From contig JBJTFE010000098.1 of the NCBI GenBank assembly GCA_046093265.1, positions 1-34,882 on the forward strand: a stretch of 34,882 nt of DNA, given 5' to 3'. Source of the stretch: Phenylobacterium sp. Its GTDB lineage: Bacteria > Pseudomonadota > Alphaproteobacteria > Caulobacterales > Caulobacteraceae. The number at the start of each line of letters is the position of its first letter. Position 1 is the first letter of the stretch. Position numbers and translations under genes: made by a program. Shown in pieces: positions 1 to 8,724 of the stretch. The notes beneath the pieces were generated by a model. That model ran no database searches and had not been told where the DNA came from. It saw only the letters and a program-made list of their open reading frames with translations.

Positions 1-1
1 C

Positions 2-289
2 CGGCCGGAGACCGACGGCTTCATCTCGGTCTCGCCACCGACCAACATGTACGACTTCAGCTTCCTGGCGCCCTGCCCGGCCTCAGGCATGATGCTGCAT
101 GGCGGGGCCGACACGGTGACTCCCCCTCAGGACGTCGAGAAAGTCGTATCCAAGCTGCGCACCCAGAAGGGCATCGTAATCGATTACGACGTGGTGGAGG
201 GGGCCAGTCACTTCTGGACCGAACATTTGCCGGAAGTCGAAGCCCGGGTCGGCGCCTACCTTGACAGGCGTCTGGCGGAGTCCGACTAG
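2..289 (+). CDS. Alpha/beta hydrolase, C-terminal part (5' truncated by window edge)
   Basis: Frame is open from nt 2 (RPETDGFISVSPPTNMYDFSFLAPCP...HGGADTV...GASHFW). Asp and His catalytic-type motifs match the alphaproteobacterial hydrolase family usually found near anmK/tyrS. Confidence 0.85.
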   Translation, partial: RPETDGFISVSPPTNMYDFSFLAPCPASGMMLHGGADTVTPPQDVEKVVSKLRTQKGIVIDYDVVEGASHFWTEHLPEVEARVGAYLDRRLAESD

Positions 290-294
290 GCGAC
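286..294. repeat. Left copy of 9-bp direct repeat CTAGGCGAC
   Basis: Exact match to 2625-2633. Contains the hydrolase TAG stop. Confidence 0.7.
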
Positions 295-300
295 GCCTGA

Positions 301-1668
301 TCAGGCGAGAAAAACCTGCTCGTCCCGGATCGTCTCAATCAGGCGCTCGATGTCGTCGTCGCCCGTGCGCCAAGATGACACGCTGATGCGGAGTGCAGGT
401 TGCCCCTGCCAGATCGTTCCGCCGAACCAGGCACGACCCGATCGTTCAACCCCCGACCGGATCGCAGCCGTCTCGGACTCGCTCCGGCCACGAAAGAGGA
501 CCTGGTTGAGCACTGGCCGGTTGAGCACCTCCAGCCCGATCGCCCGCACCCCCTCAGCAATGCGTGCAGCCTGGGAGCAGTGCCGCTCGACCATGGCGCT
601 CACCCCCTCCCGCCCCAGGGTGCGGAGCGCCGCCCACAGCGGCACTCCGCGCGCGCGGCGCGAGAATTCTAGGGTCAGGTTCTTCTGCGCATCGGCGCTG
701 GCGGTGGAATAGGCGGCGTCGCTGTTCATGGCCTGGGCGAGAGCCTCGGGATCGCGGCAGATCGCCATGGCGCAGTCGTAGGGCGTGTTGAGCCATTTGT
801 GCCCGTCGGTGGTCCAGCTGTCCGCCGCCTCGATTCCTTCGGTCAGATGGCGCTTGGCCTGCGAGGCTCGGGCCCATAGCCCAAACGCGCCGTCAACGTG
901 GACCCAGGCGCCGGATGCCTTAGCCAGGGGAATGACCGCGGCGAAGGGATCGAACTCCCCAGTGTTCACTTCGCCGGCCTGCAGGCACAGTATGGTGCGA
1001 TCGTCCAGCGCTGGCAGCCGATCCGGATCGATCCGACCCAACGCGTCAACCGGTGCTTGGAGGACATGCCGCATACCGAAGCCGAGAAGGCGCAGAGCTT
1101 TGAGCAGAGAGACATGCACGGTCTCGGGCACGATCACCCGGATCATGGGCGCGCCTGACAGGCCGTCCACATCCAGGTCCCATCCCGCACGTCGCAGAAG
1201 CGCCCGGCGGGCGGCGGCAATGCAGGACAACCCGCAGGCCGTGGCTGAGGTGCCGAACCCCACCGCGCTGCCGCGCGGCAGGTCGAGTATGTCTAGCACC
1301 CAGCGGCCCGTTACCCGCTCAAGGGTTGTAGCCACCGGCGAGCTGTTGAATGAGGAGGCGCACTGGTCCCAGGCGATCATCATCCGTTCAGCCGCCGCCG
1401 CGGCCGGTAGCGAAGCGCCGATCACGAAGCCGAAATAGTTCGGCCCGTTTGACGCCGTCGTGGCCGGCGAGCCGATCTCGTCCAGTAGGGCGAGGGTTGC
1501 CGTAGGGCGACAGCCGGTCTCGGGCAGCGCTTCTTCGAACAAAGAGAGGTTCGCAATCGCGGTTGCATCTGGAAAGACCCGGCGGGTCGCGACGCCGGCG
1601 AGATAGGCGGCTGCGCGCGCATCGGCATCGGCCATCAGGGCGGCTTCGGCAGGTGGTGACATGGTCAT
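301..1668 (-). CDS. Group II PLP-dependent amino-acid decarboxylase (aromatic-amino-acid/glutamate decarboxylase superfamily)
   Basis: 455 aa. Contains YFGFV, HVDGAFG, the PLP-lysine motif TDGHKWLNTPY and a C-terminal LRISVSSWRT. Confidence 0.9.
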   Translation of the reverse strand: MTMSPPAEAALMADADARAAAYLAGVATRRVFPDATAIANLSLFEEALPETGCRPTATLALLDEIGSPATTASNGPNYFGFVIGASLPAAAAAERMMIAWDQCASSFNSSPVATTLERVTGRWVLDILDLPRGSAVGFGTSATACGLSCIAAARRALLRRAGWDLDVDGLSGAPMIRVIVPETVHVSLLKALRLLGFGMRHVLQAPVDALGRIDPDRLPALDDRTILCLQAGEVNTGEFDPFAAVIPLAKASGAWVHVDGAFGLWARASQAKRHLTEGIEAADSWTTDGHKWLNTPYDCAMAICRDPEALAQAMNSDAAYSTASADAQKNLTLEFSRRARGVPLWAALRTLGREGVSAMVERHCSQAARIAEGVRAIGLEVLNRPVLNQVLFRGRSESETAAIRSGVERSGRAWFGGTIWQGQPALRISVSSWRTGDDDIERLIETIRDEQVFLA

Positions 1669-1726
1669 GGCGGGCCTTCTAGTTCGGGCAGACAGGATGC
1701 GGCCAATCAGATTTGGTGGACAAGGG

Positions 1727-1743
1727 TGTGAAGTTTATTCACA
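1727..1743. promoter_or_regulatory. Putative LysR-type binding site
   Basis: Interrupted dyad TGTGAA-gttta-TTCACA containing T-N11-A, in the divergent spacer just before the LysR ATG. Confidence 0.65.
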
Positions 1744-1751
1744 AGTCTGCC

Positions 1752-2612
1752 ATGCCGATCCCAACGCTTCAGACGCTTCGCGCCCTCGATGCCGCCGCGC
1801 GCCTCGGCAGCTACACCAGCGCGGCCGAGGCGCTGGGCCTGACGCATGGCGCGGTCAGCCACCGCATCCGGGCACTCGAGGCTGAACTCGGCACGACCCT
1901 GTTCGTCCGCCAGGGCAATGGCATGGTCGCCACCCCGGCGGCGATGGCGTTACTGGTCCCCGTGCGCGAGGCGCTGGACCTGCTCACGCTCGCCTTCCCC
2001 GCCAGCCGGCCTGCCCGGCTCACCCTGCGGGTCAGTATGCTGCCCAGCTTCGCGTCGCGGTGGCTTACTCCACGTCTCAGGGCGTTCCGCTCCGCCCATC
2101 CCCACATTGACCTGCGGATCGATGCCCGCCTCGAACTCGCCGAGATCGGTCCGAACGGGGTCGATTGCGCAATCCGCTATGGGGTCGGTGACTGGCGAGA
2201 CGTTCGCGCCGAACGGTTAGCCGGGGAGCGACTGTTCCCTGTCTGCGCGCCGGGCTATGCAACCCGGCGCGGGCTCGAGACACCAGCGGACCTCGCCAGT
2301 GCGAATCTGCTGCGGCATGATCGGCAGCTATGGAAGCCTTGGCTGCGTGCCGCCGGGCTCGATTGGCCGGAACCCAGGGACGGCGCACTGTTTGCCGATT
2401 CTGGCCTGCTGCTCGACGCAGCCATCGCAGGCGAGGGGGTCGCGCTCGCCCGGGAACGGCTGGCGGAAAGCGACATCGCGAGCGGTCGCCTCACGCGTCT
2501 GTTCGACATCGCGGCGGAGGACAAGGACGCTTACTACTTTGTACGCGGGCTCGATGCGGGAAAGGCTGCGGTTGATCAATTCGCCGACTGGATCGCCCGC
2601 ACTCTCGGCTGA
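1752..2612 (+). CDS. LysR-family regulator, GcvA-like
   Basis: HTH motif LGSYTSAAEALGLTHGAVSHRIRALE and GcvA-type substrate domain (PSFASRWL, DCAIRYG, AIAGEGVAL). ATG 1752 fits the family N-terminus better than the track start at 1713. Confidence 0.92.
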   Translation: MPIPTLQTLRALDAAARLGSYTSAAEALGLTHGAVSHRIRALEAELGTTLFVRQGNGMVATPAAMALLVPVREALDLLTLAFPASRPARLTLRVSMLPSFASRWLTPRLRAFRSAHPHIDLRIDARLELAEIGPNGVDCAIRYGVGDWRDVRAERLAGERLFPVCAPGYATRRGLETPADLASANLLRHDRQLWKPWLRAAGLDWPEPRDGALFADSGLLLDAAIAGEGVALARERLAESDIASGRLTRLFDIAAEDKDAYYFVRGLDAGKAAVDQFADWIARTLG

Positions 2613-2624
2613 AATCGATTCCTC

Positions 2625-2633
2625 CTAGGCGAC
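2625..2633. repeat. Right copy of 9-bp direct repeat CTAGGCGAC
   Basis: Exact match to 286-294. Contains the anmK stop on the minus strand. Confidence 0.7.
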
Positions 2634-3746
2634 CCGGAGGTTCGGGCGCGCGATCCTCCCCCCCGCCATCGGGGCCTTGACGCCGGTGGTTCCCGGATAG
2701 GAGATCGGCAGACCTCGCAGGCAGCGCACCGCCATGAAGGCGAACGCCTCCGCCTCCAGGGCGTCGCCCCGCCAGCCGACGCTGTCCACGTCCGCCACGG
2801 CGCAGGACAGGCGGTCGGCGAGGGCTTCCATGAGGGCGGGGTTGCGCCGTCCGCCGCCGGTGACGATCAGGCTGGCCGGCCGTGGGTCCGCACGCTCCAA
2901 GCCCCGCGCCACCGCCTCGGCCGTGAAGGCCGTCAGGGTGGCGACGGCGTCCGCAAGCTCCAGAGCCTCGGTCGCCTCAGGCGAGAAATCATAGCGGTCG
3001 AGGGACTTCGGCGGCGGCTCGGCGAGATAGGGATGGTCCAGCAGACGCGACAGCGCGCCCGGGTCAACCCGGCCGGCGCGGGCCAGCCGGCCGTCGCGGT
3101 CGAAACGCTCACCGGTGCGCGCCAGCACCACCTGGTCGATCAGGCCGTTGCCAGGGCCCGTATCAAAGGCCAGGACCTGCTCGCCCCCCGCCCAGCAGGT
3201 CAGGTTGGCCACGCCGCCGATGTTGAGCACGGCCAGCGGGGCGGGCAGGCCGGAGGCTGCGGCGCGCGCCAGATGATAGACCGGAGCCAGGGGCGCACCC
3301 TCTCCGCCAGCGGCGACGTCTGCGGTCCGGAAGTCGAAGGCGACCGGAACCCCGGAATGACGGGCCAGCCAGGCCCCGTCCCCGAGCTGGAGGGTGCGCC
3401 CGGGCCGCCCCTCTGAGGGGCGTTCATGCAGGACGGTCTGGCCGTGCATGCCGATCAGGTCGAGATCGCTCCAGTCCATTCCCTGGGACCTCAGGAAGGC
3501 CCCGCCCGCCGTCATATGCGCCTCGGCGATCGCCCGGGCCGCCTCCGCGAAGAGGGCCGGGTCAGGCGCGCCGCGCGGGTGCGCAAGGGCGATGGCGATG
3601 ACCCGGCGCAGGAGGTTGCGCAGGGGCTCCGGCAGGGGCGCCTCGGCGGCGGGACCAAAGCCCTGCAGGGTTTCTCCATCGGTCTCCAGGATCGCCATGT
3701 CGATCCCGTCCAGGGAGGTGCCGGTCATGAAGCCGAGGACGCGCAT
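2625..3746 (-). CDS. anmK: Anhydro-N-acetylmuramic acid kinase
   Basis: Motifs GFMTGTSLDGID, HGQT, GGEGAPL, NIGGVAN, FDTGPGN, PPKSLDR. Divergent from tyrS. Confidence 0.96.
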   Translation of the reverse strand: MRVLGFMTGTSLDGIDMAILETDGETLQGFGPAAEAPLPEPLRNLLRRVIAIALAHPRGAPDPALFAEAARAIAEAHMTAGGAFLRSQGMDWSDLDLIGMHGQTVLHERPSEGRPGRTLQLGDGAWLARHSGVPVAFDFRTADVAAGGEGAPLAPVYHLARAAASGLPAPLAVLNIGGVANLTCWAGGEQVLAFDTGPGNGLIDQVVLARTGERFDRDGRLARAGRVDPGALSRLLDHPYLAEPPPKSLDRYDFSPEATEALELADAVATLTAFTAEAVARGLERADPRPASLIVTGGGRRNPALMEALADRLSCAVADVDSVGWRGDALEAEAFAFMAVRCLRGLPISYPGTTGVKAPMAGGRIARPNLRVA

Positions 3747-3751
3747 GGCGC

Positions 3752-3780
3752 TTGACTGCCACGGCGTCGGGGCCTACGCC
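3752..3780 (+). promoter_or_regulatory. Possible housekeeping-sigma promoter for tyrS
   Basis: TTGACT, 16 nt spacer, then CTACGC. Loosely resembles Caulobacter vegetative promoters. Motif match only. Confidence 0.3.
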
Positions 3781-3921
3781 AGCGGCGTGTTTCAGGCCCT
3801 CGCCCCGACCCGGACCAATTACCGCCGCCCCTGACGACGGCGTGAGACCTTTCGCGCCACCCTTCCCGGCTGGCGCGCTCTGGAAACGGCGCCGGCCCGA
3901 CCGAGCCCTCCGGAGCTTCCC

Positions 3922-5169
3922 ATGACCCCCCCAGCCGAATTCAAGTCCGACCTGCTGCGAACCCTGCAGGCCCGGGGTTACATCCACCAGATCACCCATC
4001 CCGAGGAACTCGACGCCGCAGCCGGGGCCGGGCGTGTGATTGGCTACATCGGCTTCGACGCGACCGCCCCTTCCCTGCACGTCGGGAGCCTCCTGCAGAT
4101 CATGATGCTGCGCAGGATGCAGCAGGCGGGTCACAAGCCCATCGTCCTGATGGGCGGCGGCACCACCAAGGTGGGCGACCCCACCGACAAGGACCAGTCG
4201 CGTCCCCTCCTCACCGAGGAGAAGATCCAGGCCAACATCGACAGCATCAGGACCGTGTTCGCCCGCTTCCTGACCTTCGGGGACGGACCGACGGACGCCG
4301 TCATGGTCAACAACGCCGACTGGCTGGACACCCTGGGCTACGTGGAGTTCCTGCGGAACTACGGCGTGCACTTCACCATCAACCGCATGCTGACCTTCGA
4401 CTCGGTCCGGCTGCGCCTTGAGCGCGAGCAGCCGATGACCTTCCTCGAGTTCAACTACATGCTGATGCAGGCCACGGATTTCCTGGAACTGGAGCGCAAA
4501 TACGGCTGCCAGCTGCAGATGGGCGGCTCGGACCAGTGGGGGAACATCCTCAACGGGGTCGAGCTCATCCGCAGGGCCGATCACAAGCCGGCCTTCGGTC
4601 TCACCAGTCCCCTGCTCTCCACCGCCTCGGGCCAGAAGATGGGCAAGACCGTGGCCGGAGCCGTCTGGCTGAACGCCGACATGCTGTCGCCCTACGACTA
4701 CTGGCAGTTCTGGCGGAATACCGAGGACGCCGACGTCGGGCGCTTCCTCCGCCTGTTCACCGACCTGCCGCTGGATGAGATCGTCCGGCTGGAAGGCCTG
4801 ACCGGCGCGGGAATCAACGACGCCAAGAAGGTGCTGGCCACTGAGGCGACGCGGATGCTGCACGGCGAGCCGGCGGCGGCGGCGGCTGAGGAGGCCGCTC
4901 GGGTGGCCGTCGAGGCCGGCGGCCTGTCCGCCGACATGCCGACCCTGACCTTGAAAGCCGCCGACCTGGCCGCCACATCCAACGGCGCGCTGATGGTGGC
5001 CGCAGGCTTCGCCGCCTCCAACTCCGAGGCGCGCAAGCAGATCGCGAACGGCGGCTTCCGGATCAATGGCGAGAAGGTCGCTGACCCGCAGGCCAACGTC
5101 GCCATCACCGGCGGCGAGGCCGAGCTGCGGTCCGGCAAGCGCCGGGTGCGGCTGGTGATCGAACCCTGA
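3922..5169 (+). CDS. tyrS: Tyrosine--tRNA ligase
   Basis: [15 protein letters not shown] (HIGH-like), [16 protein letters not shown] (KMSKS-like) and a C-terminal S4-like domain. Confidence 0.98.
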   Translation: MTPPAEFKSDLLRTLQARGYIHQITHPEELDAAAGAGRVIGYIGFDATAPSLHVGSLLQIMMLRRMQQAGHKPIVLMGGGTTKVGDPTDKDQSRPLLTEEKIQANIDSIRTVFARFLTFGDGPTDAVMVNNADWLDTLGYVEFLRNYGVHFTINRMLTFDSVRLRLEREQPMTFLEFNYMLMQATDFLELERKYGCQLQMGGSDQWGNILNGVELIRRADHKPAFGLTSPLLSTASGQKMGKTVAGAVWLNADMLSPYDYWQFWRNTEDADVGRFLRLFTDLPLDEIVRLEGLTGAGINDAKKVLATEATRMLHGEPAAAAAEEAARVAVEAGGLSADMPTLTLKAADLAATSNGALMVAAGFAASNSEARKQIANGGFRINGEKVADPQANVAITGGEAELRSGKRRVRLVIEP

Positions 5170-5180
5170 AGGAGACGAAG

Positions 5181-5645
5181 ATGGCGGACCTGGATTCTGG
5201 CGCAAAGGCGCCCGACTTCGAGATGGCGGGCGCGGATGGCCCCGTCCGGCTCTCGGACTTCGCGGGCAAGGCGCTTGTCCTCTATTTCTACCCCAAGGAT
5301 GACACCTCAGGCTGCACCAAGGAGGCGCAGGAGTTCTCGTCTCTTGCTGCTGACTTCCACGCCACGGGGGCGGCCGTGCTGGGCGTCTCGAAGGACTCCG
5401 TCGCCAGCCATGGCAAGTTCACCGCCAAGTACGGCCTTGGCATTCCCCTGGGCTCCGACCCTGACGGCGTCACGATCGAGGCCTATGGCGCCTGGGTCGA
5501 GAAAAGCATGTACGGCCGCAAGTACATGGGCATTGAGCGATCGACCTTCCTGATCGACGGCGCCGGCGTGATCCGCCAGGTCTGGCGCAAGGTGAAGGTC
5601 CCGGGTCACGCCGCCGAAGTCCTGAAAACTGTGCGGGCGCTCTGA
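5181..5645 (+). CDS. bcp: Peroxiredoxin BCP/PrxQ
   Basis: LYFYPKDDTSGCTKEA peroxidatic Cys motif and ERSTFLID. AAGGAG RBS upstream. Confidence 0.95.
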   Translation: MADLDSGAKAPDFEMAGADGPVRLSDFAGKALVLYFYPKDDTSGCTKEAQEFSSLAADFHATGAAVLGVSKDSVASHGKFTAKYGLGIPLGSDPDGVTIEAYGAWVEKSMYGRKYMGIERSTFLIDGAGVIRQVWRKVKVPGHAAEVLKTVRAL

Positions 5646-5748
5646 CCCGGCGTTCCAACTTCCTGCCTGTCTTCAGGAAGGAGCGGGTTGCCAATGTCAG
5701 CCCGAATGGACAATAACAGCGCTCTCGCAGGTTGACGGCAAGGTGAAC

Positions 5749-6909
5749 ATGTCGCGTGTCGCGCAACTCCGCAGTCTGATTCTGGCCCTGTTTCCTGAAC
5801 GGCACCTCTATCTCCGCTCCGGCGGGGAGATGAAGGGGGTGGTTCTGACCCCCGGCCGGCAGATGTTTTTCGCCGCGGTGGGCATCGGTCTGCTCACCTG
5901 GGTCCTCGTTTCCTTCATCGCCATTCTCATCGGCGCCCTGACCCAGTCCCGCAGTGACCGGGAACTGGCCGAGATGCAGGCGCGTTCCGAGCGCTGGGTC
6001 GCCGACCGCGAAGCCCGGCTCAACAGCGCTGTGTCGCAGCTCAATGCGTCGGGCGCCACGTTGGGCGGGATGGCGGATTCCATCGAGAAGCGTCACGCTG
6101 CGCTGGCCCTTCTGCTGACAGACCTGAAGGGGCAGCCGGGGGCCTTGGCCGCGGTCACCCCTGCCCTCAGAGGCGGTTCGAACCCCGACGCCAACCCGAT
6201 TGAGCGCATCGCCGCCGTTCAGGCCAGCCAGGAGCGTCTGGTAGACGCGGCGGATGACTATGCCCGCAGCCGCGCTGATCGTCTGAGGCTGGCCTTCAGG
6301 CTGGCGGGCCTTGCCCCCTCCAATTTCGCCTCGCCGTCCGCCTCGGGCGGGCCGCTGCTAGAGGCGCCCGATCCGCGGGCTCTGGCGGCGGTGTTGGATA
6401 TTGACGAACGCTTTGCCGCCCGGATCCAGAGGGCGGCGGAAAACCTGTCCGCAGCCGAGGGTCTTGCGGACGCCGCCGCCCGCCTGCCGTTTGCACAGCC
6501 GCAGAACGGAGCCCGCAAGACCAGCAGCTTCGGCGTGCGGTTTGACCCTTTCACAGGCCGCCCCGCCTTTCACTCCGGGCTCGACTTTGTCTCGGCCTTC
6601 GGATCACCGGTGATGACGACGGCTCCGGGGGTCGTGTCCTTCACGGGCGTTCGGTCGGGTTATGGCAATACGGTTGAAATCGACCACGGTCGGGGCTTCA
6701 AGACACGGTACGCTCACCTGTCCGCGATTTCGGTCCGGGCCGGCCAGAGGGTGTCTCTCGGCCAGAGGATCGGCGCGCTGGGAAACACCGGCCGATCGAC
6801 CGGACCCCACTTGCATTACGAAATCTGGCTCAGTGGGCGGGCCGTAAACCCCTATCGCTTCATCCGCGCAGGTGAACATGTTCAGCAAACCCGCATCCAA
6901 GCCGGATAG
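5749..6909 (+). CDS. Membrane-anchored M23 peptidoglycan endopeptidase (LmdC-like)
   Basis: N-terminal FPERHLYLRSGG, one TM helix, a coiled-coil region and M23 motifs HSGLD, YAHL, STGPHLHYE. Start is GTG 5743 or ATG 5749. Confidence 0.93.
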   Translation: MSRVAQLRSLILALFPERHLYLRSGGEMKGVVLTPGRQMFFAAVGIGLLTWVLVSFIAILIGALTQSRSDRELAEMQARSERWVADREARLNSAVSQLNASGATLGGMADSIEKRHAALALLLTDLKGQPGALAAVTPALRGGSNPDANPIERIAAVQASQERLVDAADDYARSRADRLRLAFRLAGLAPSNFASPSASGGPLLEAPDPRALAAVLDIDERFAARIQRAAENLSAAEGLADAAARLPFAQPQNGARKTSSFGVRFDPFTGRPAFHSGLDFVSAFGSPVMTTAPGVVSFTGVRSGYGNTVEIDHGRGFKTRYAHLSAISVRAGQRVSLGQRIGALGNTGRSTGPHLHYEIWLSGRAVNPYRFIRAGEHVQQTRIQAG

Positions 6910-7402
6910 CCGCCCGGCAAATCTCGCCTCGGACGGACCGGCGAACGGGTCCGCCCAGGACCCCGCAGCCCGGAACCGCCCCCGGCCCGCTTCGCTATTG
7001 GCCCAGAACCTCGTGGTGGAAGGCGCCATCCAGAGCGACAGCGAGGTCCAGATCGACGGACTGGTGAAGGGCGATGTCCGTGTGGAAAAACTGACTGTCG
7101 GCGAGACCGGTCGGATCGAGGGTCAGGTCGCCTCAGAACTGGTGGATGTGCGCGGGCGCGTCATCGGATCCATCCAGGCCCGGCAGGTTCGTCTCTTTTC
7201 GTCTGCGGGCGTGGAGGGCGACATCACGGCTGAACAACTGTCCATAGAGCCTGGCGCATCTTTCGAGGGCAGGAGCATCAAGCGGCAAAGCGCCAAAGCG
7301 CCTTCCTCCGCGACCCCGTCAGCGCCAACCCCTGTTCCGGTCGGAACCCTCGGACTGGCTCCAGCTTCAGCGCCGGAAGCCACCGGCCGGACCCACCCCT
7401 AG
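6878..7402 (+). CDS. bacA: Bactofilin
   Basis: MFSKP N-terminus, beta-helix repeats (VEGAI, IDGLVKGDV, VEGDI, LSIEPGASFEG) and a Pro/Ala-rich tail. Overlaps the M23 gene end by 32 nt. Confidence 0.92.
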   Translation: MFSKPASKPDSRPANLASDGPANGSAQDPAARNRPRPASLLAQNLVVEGAIQSDSEVQIDGLVKGDVRVEKLTVGETGRIEGQVASELVDVRGRVIGSIQARQVRLFSSAGVEGDITAEQLSIEPGASFEGRSIKRQSAKAPSSATPSAPTPVPVGTLGLAPASAPEATGRTHP

Positions 7403-7440
7403 ATCATGTTCCGATAAGCGAGAACCCGTTATCGGATCGA
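7399..7440. repeat. Degenerate CTAG-anchored palindromic intergenic repeat, copy 1
   Basis: CTAGATCATGTTCCGATAAGCGAGAACCCGTTATCGGATCGA with stem TCCGATAA/TTATCGGA (7410-7436). Similar to 11145-11187. Confidence 0.55.
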
Positions 7441-7565
7441 CGCGGGGACTCACCTGTTGACGTTCGTTCCTGCGCCTTCAGACAGAGATACCTGAAAGGC
7501 TCCTGTCCCGCGTTTCGCAAGACAGCGCCTGATGCGCCGGGACGCCCTTTCGGGATCTGACCCCG

Positions 7566-8679
7566 TCATCCGTCCCGGGTTACGCCGACCCGCTGGGCGA
7601 GACTGGCGCCCATGAAGGCGTCGAGATCGCCATCCAGAACCCCTTGCGTGTCCGAAGTCTCAACCTGGGTCCTGAGGTCCTTGACCATCTGGTAGGGCTG
7701 CAGAACGTAGGATCGGATCTGGTGGCCCCAGCCGATGTCCGTCTTCTGCTCCTGCAAGGCCTGAGCCTCGGCCTCCCGTTTCTGTAACTCGAGCTCGTAG
7801 AGACGCGCGCGGAGCATGCGCCAGGCCTCATCTCTGTTCTGATGTTGCGACCGCCCCATCTGGCAGGCCACCACGACGCCGGTCGGGACGTGGGTCAGCC
7901 GGACTGCGGAATCCGTCTTGTTGATATGCTGTCCGCCGGCTCCTGACGCGCGGTAGGTGTCGGTCCGCACGTCGGCCGGATTGATGTCGATGACGATGGC
8001 GTCGTCCACCACGGGGTAGACCCAGACCGAGGCGAAACTCGTGTGACGCTTGGCGGCGGCGTCGAACGGCGAGATGCGCACCAGGCGATGGACCCCCGCC
8101 TCGGTCTTCAGCCACCCGTATGCGTTTGGCCCCTTGATCTGGAGGGTGGCGGACTTGATGCCCGCCTGCTCGCCGGGCGTCTCTTCGAGGAATTCGACGC
8201 TCATGCCGTGCGCGTTGGCCCAGCGGGCGTACATGCGCAGGAGCATCCCCGCCCAGTCGCAGGACTCCGTGCCGCCCGCCCCGGAATTGACCTCCAGGAA
8301 GGCGTCGTTACCGTCGGCCTCGCCCGACAGCAGGGCCTCGAGCTCCGCCCGGGCCGCCCGGTCACGGATGCCCTTCAGTTGGGACCTGGCCTCCTCCAGG
8401 CTGGCCTCATCACCTTCCTCGTCGGCCAACTCTGCATAGCCCACGGCGTCTGCGAGATCGCGTTCCAGGCGCGTGACGGCGTCAACCGATGCGGCCAGCC
8501 GGGAGCGTTCCCGGCTCACAGCCTGGGCCTCATCCGGACGGTCCCAAAGTGTCGGGTCCTCGACCCTGGCGTTCAGTTCATGCAGTTTTCGAAGGGCGAC
8601 ATCCCAGTCAAAGTCGCCTCCTGAGCAGCGCGATCGACTGCTCGATGTCGGCCCTGGAGGCCTCGACATCCGCTCTCAT
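7566..8679 (-). CDS. prfB: Peptide chain release factor 2 (programmed +1 frameshift after codon 23)
   Basis: ATG 8679 with AGGAG RBS gives [23 protein letters not shown], then CTT TGA C. The +1 frame continues DWDVALRKL and contains the SPF and GGQ motifs. Confidence 0.98.
8607..8622 (-). promoter_or_regulatory. RF2 frameshift signal
   Basis: Minus strand reads AGGAGG-CGA-CTT-TGA-C: internal Shine-Dalgarno, 3-nt spacer, slippery site. Confidence 0.97.
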
Positions 8680-8724
8680 GGGTAACTCCTGAAACTCAGC
8701 GGCCCGAGTAGCCCGGACAGGGCC

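Noticed and set aside
3562-5205. 547-aa minus-strand ORF
   Set aside because: Antisense shadow of tyrS with no recognisable motifs. Long shadow ORFs are expected at this GC content.
7490-7545. Hammerhead-like CTGATG and GAAA words
   Set aside because: The core reads CUGAUGC rather than CUGAUGA, and the required three-stem geometry could not be built.
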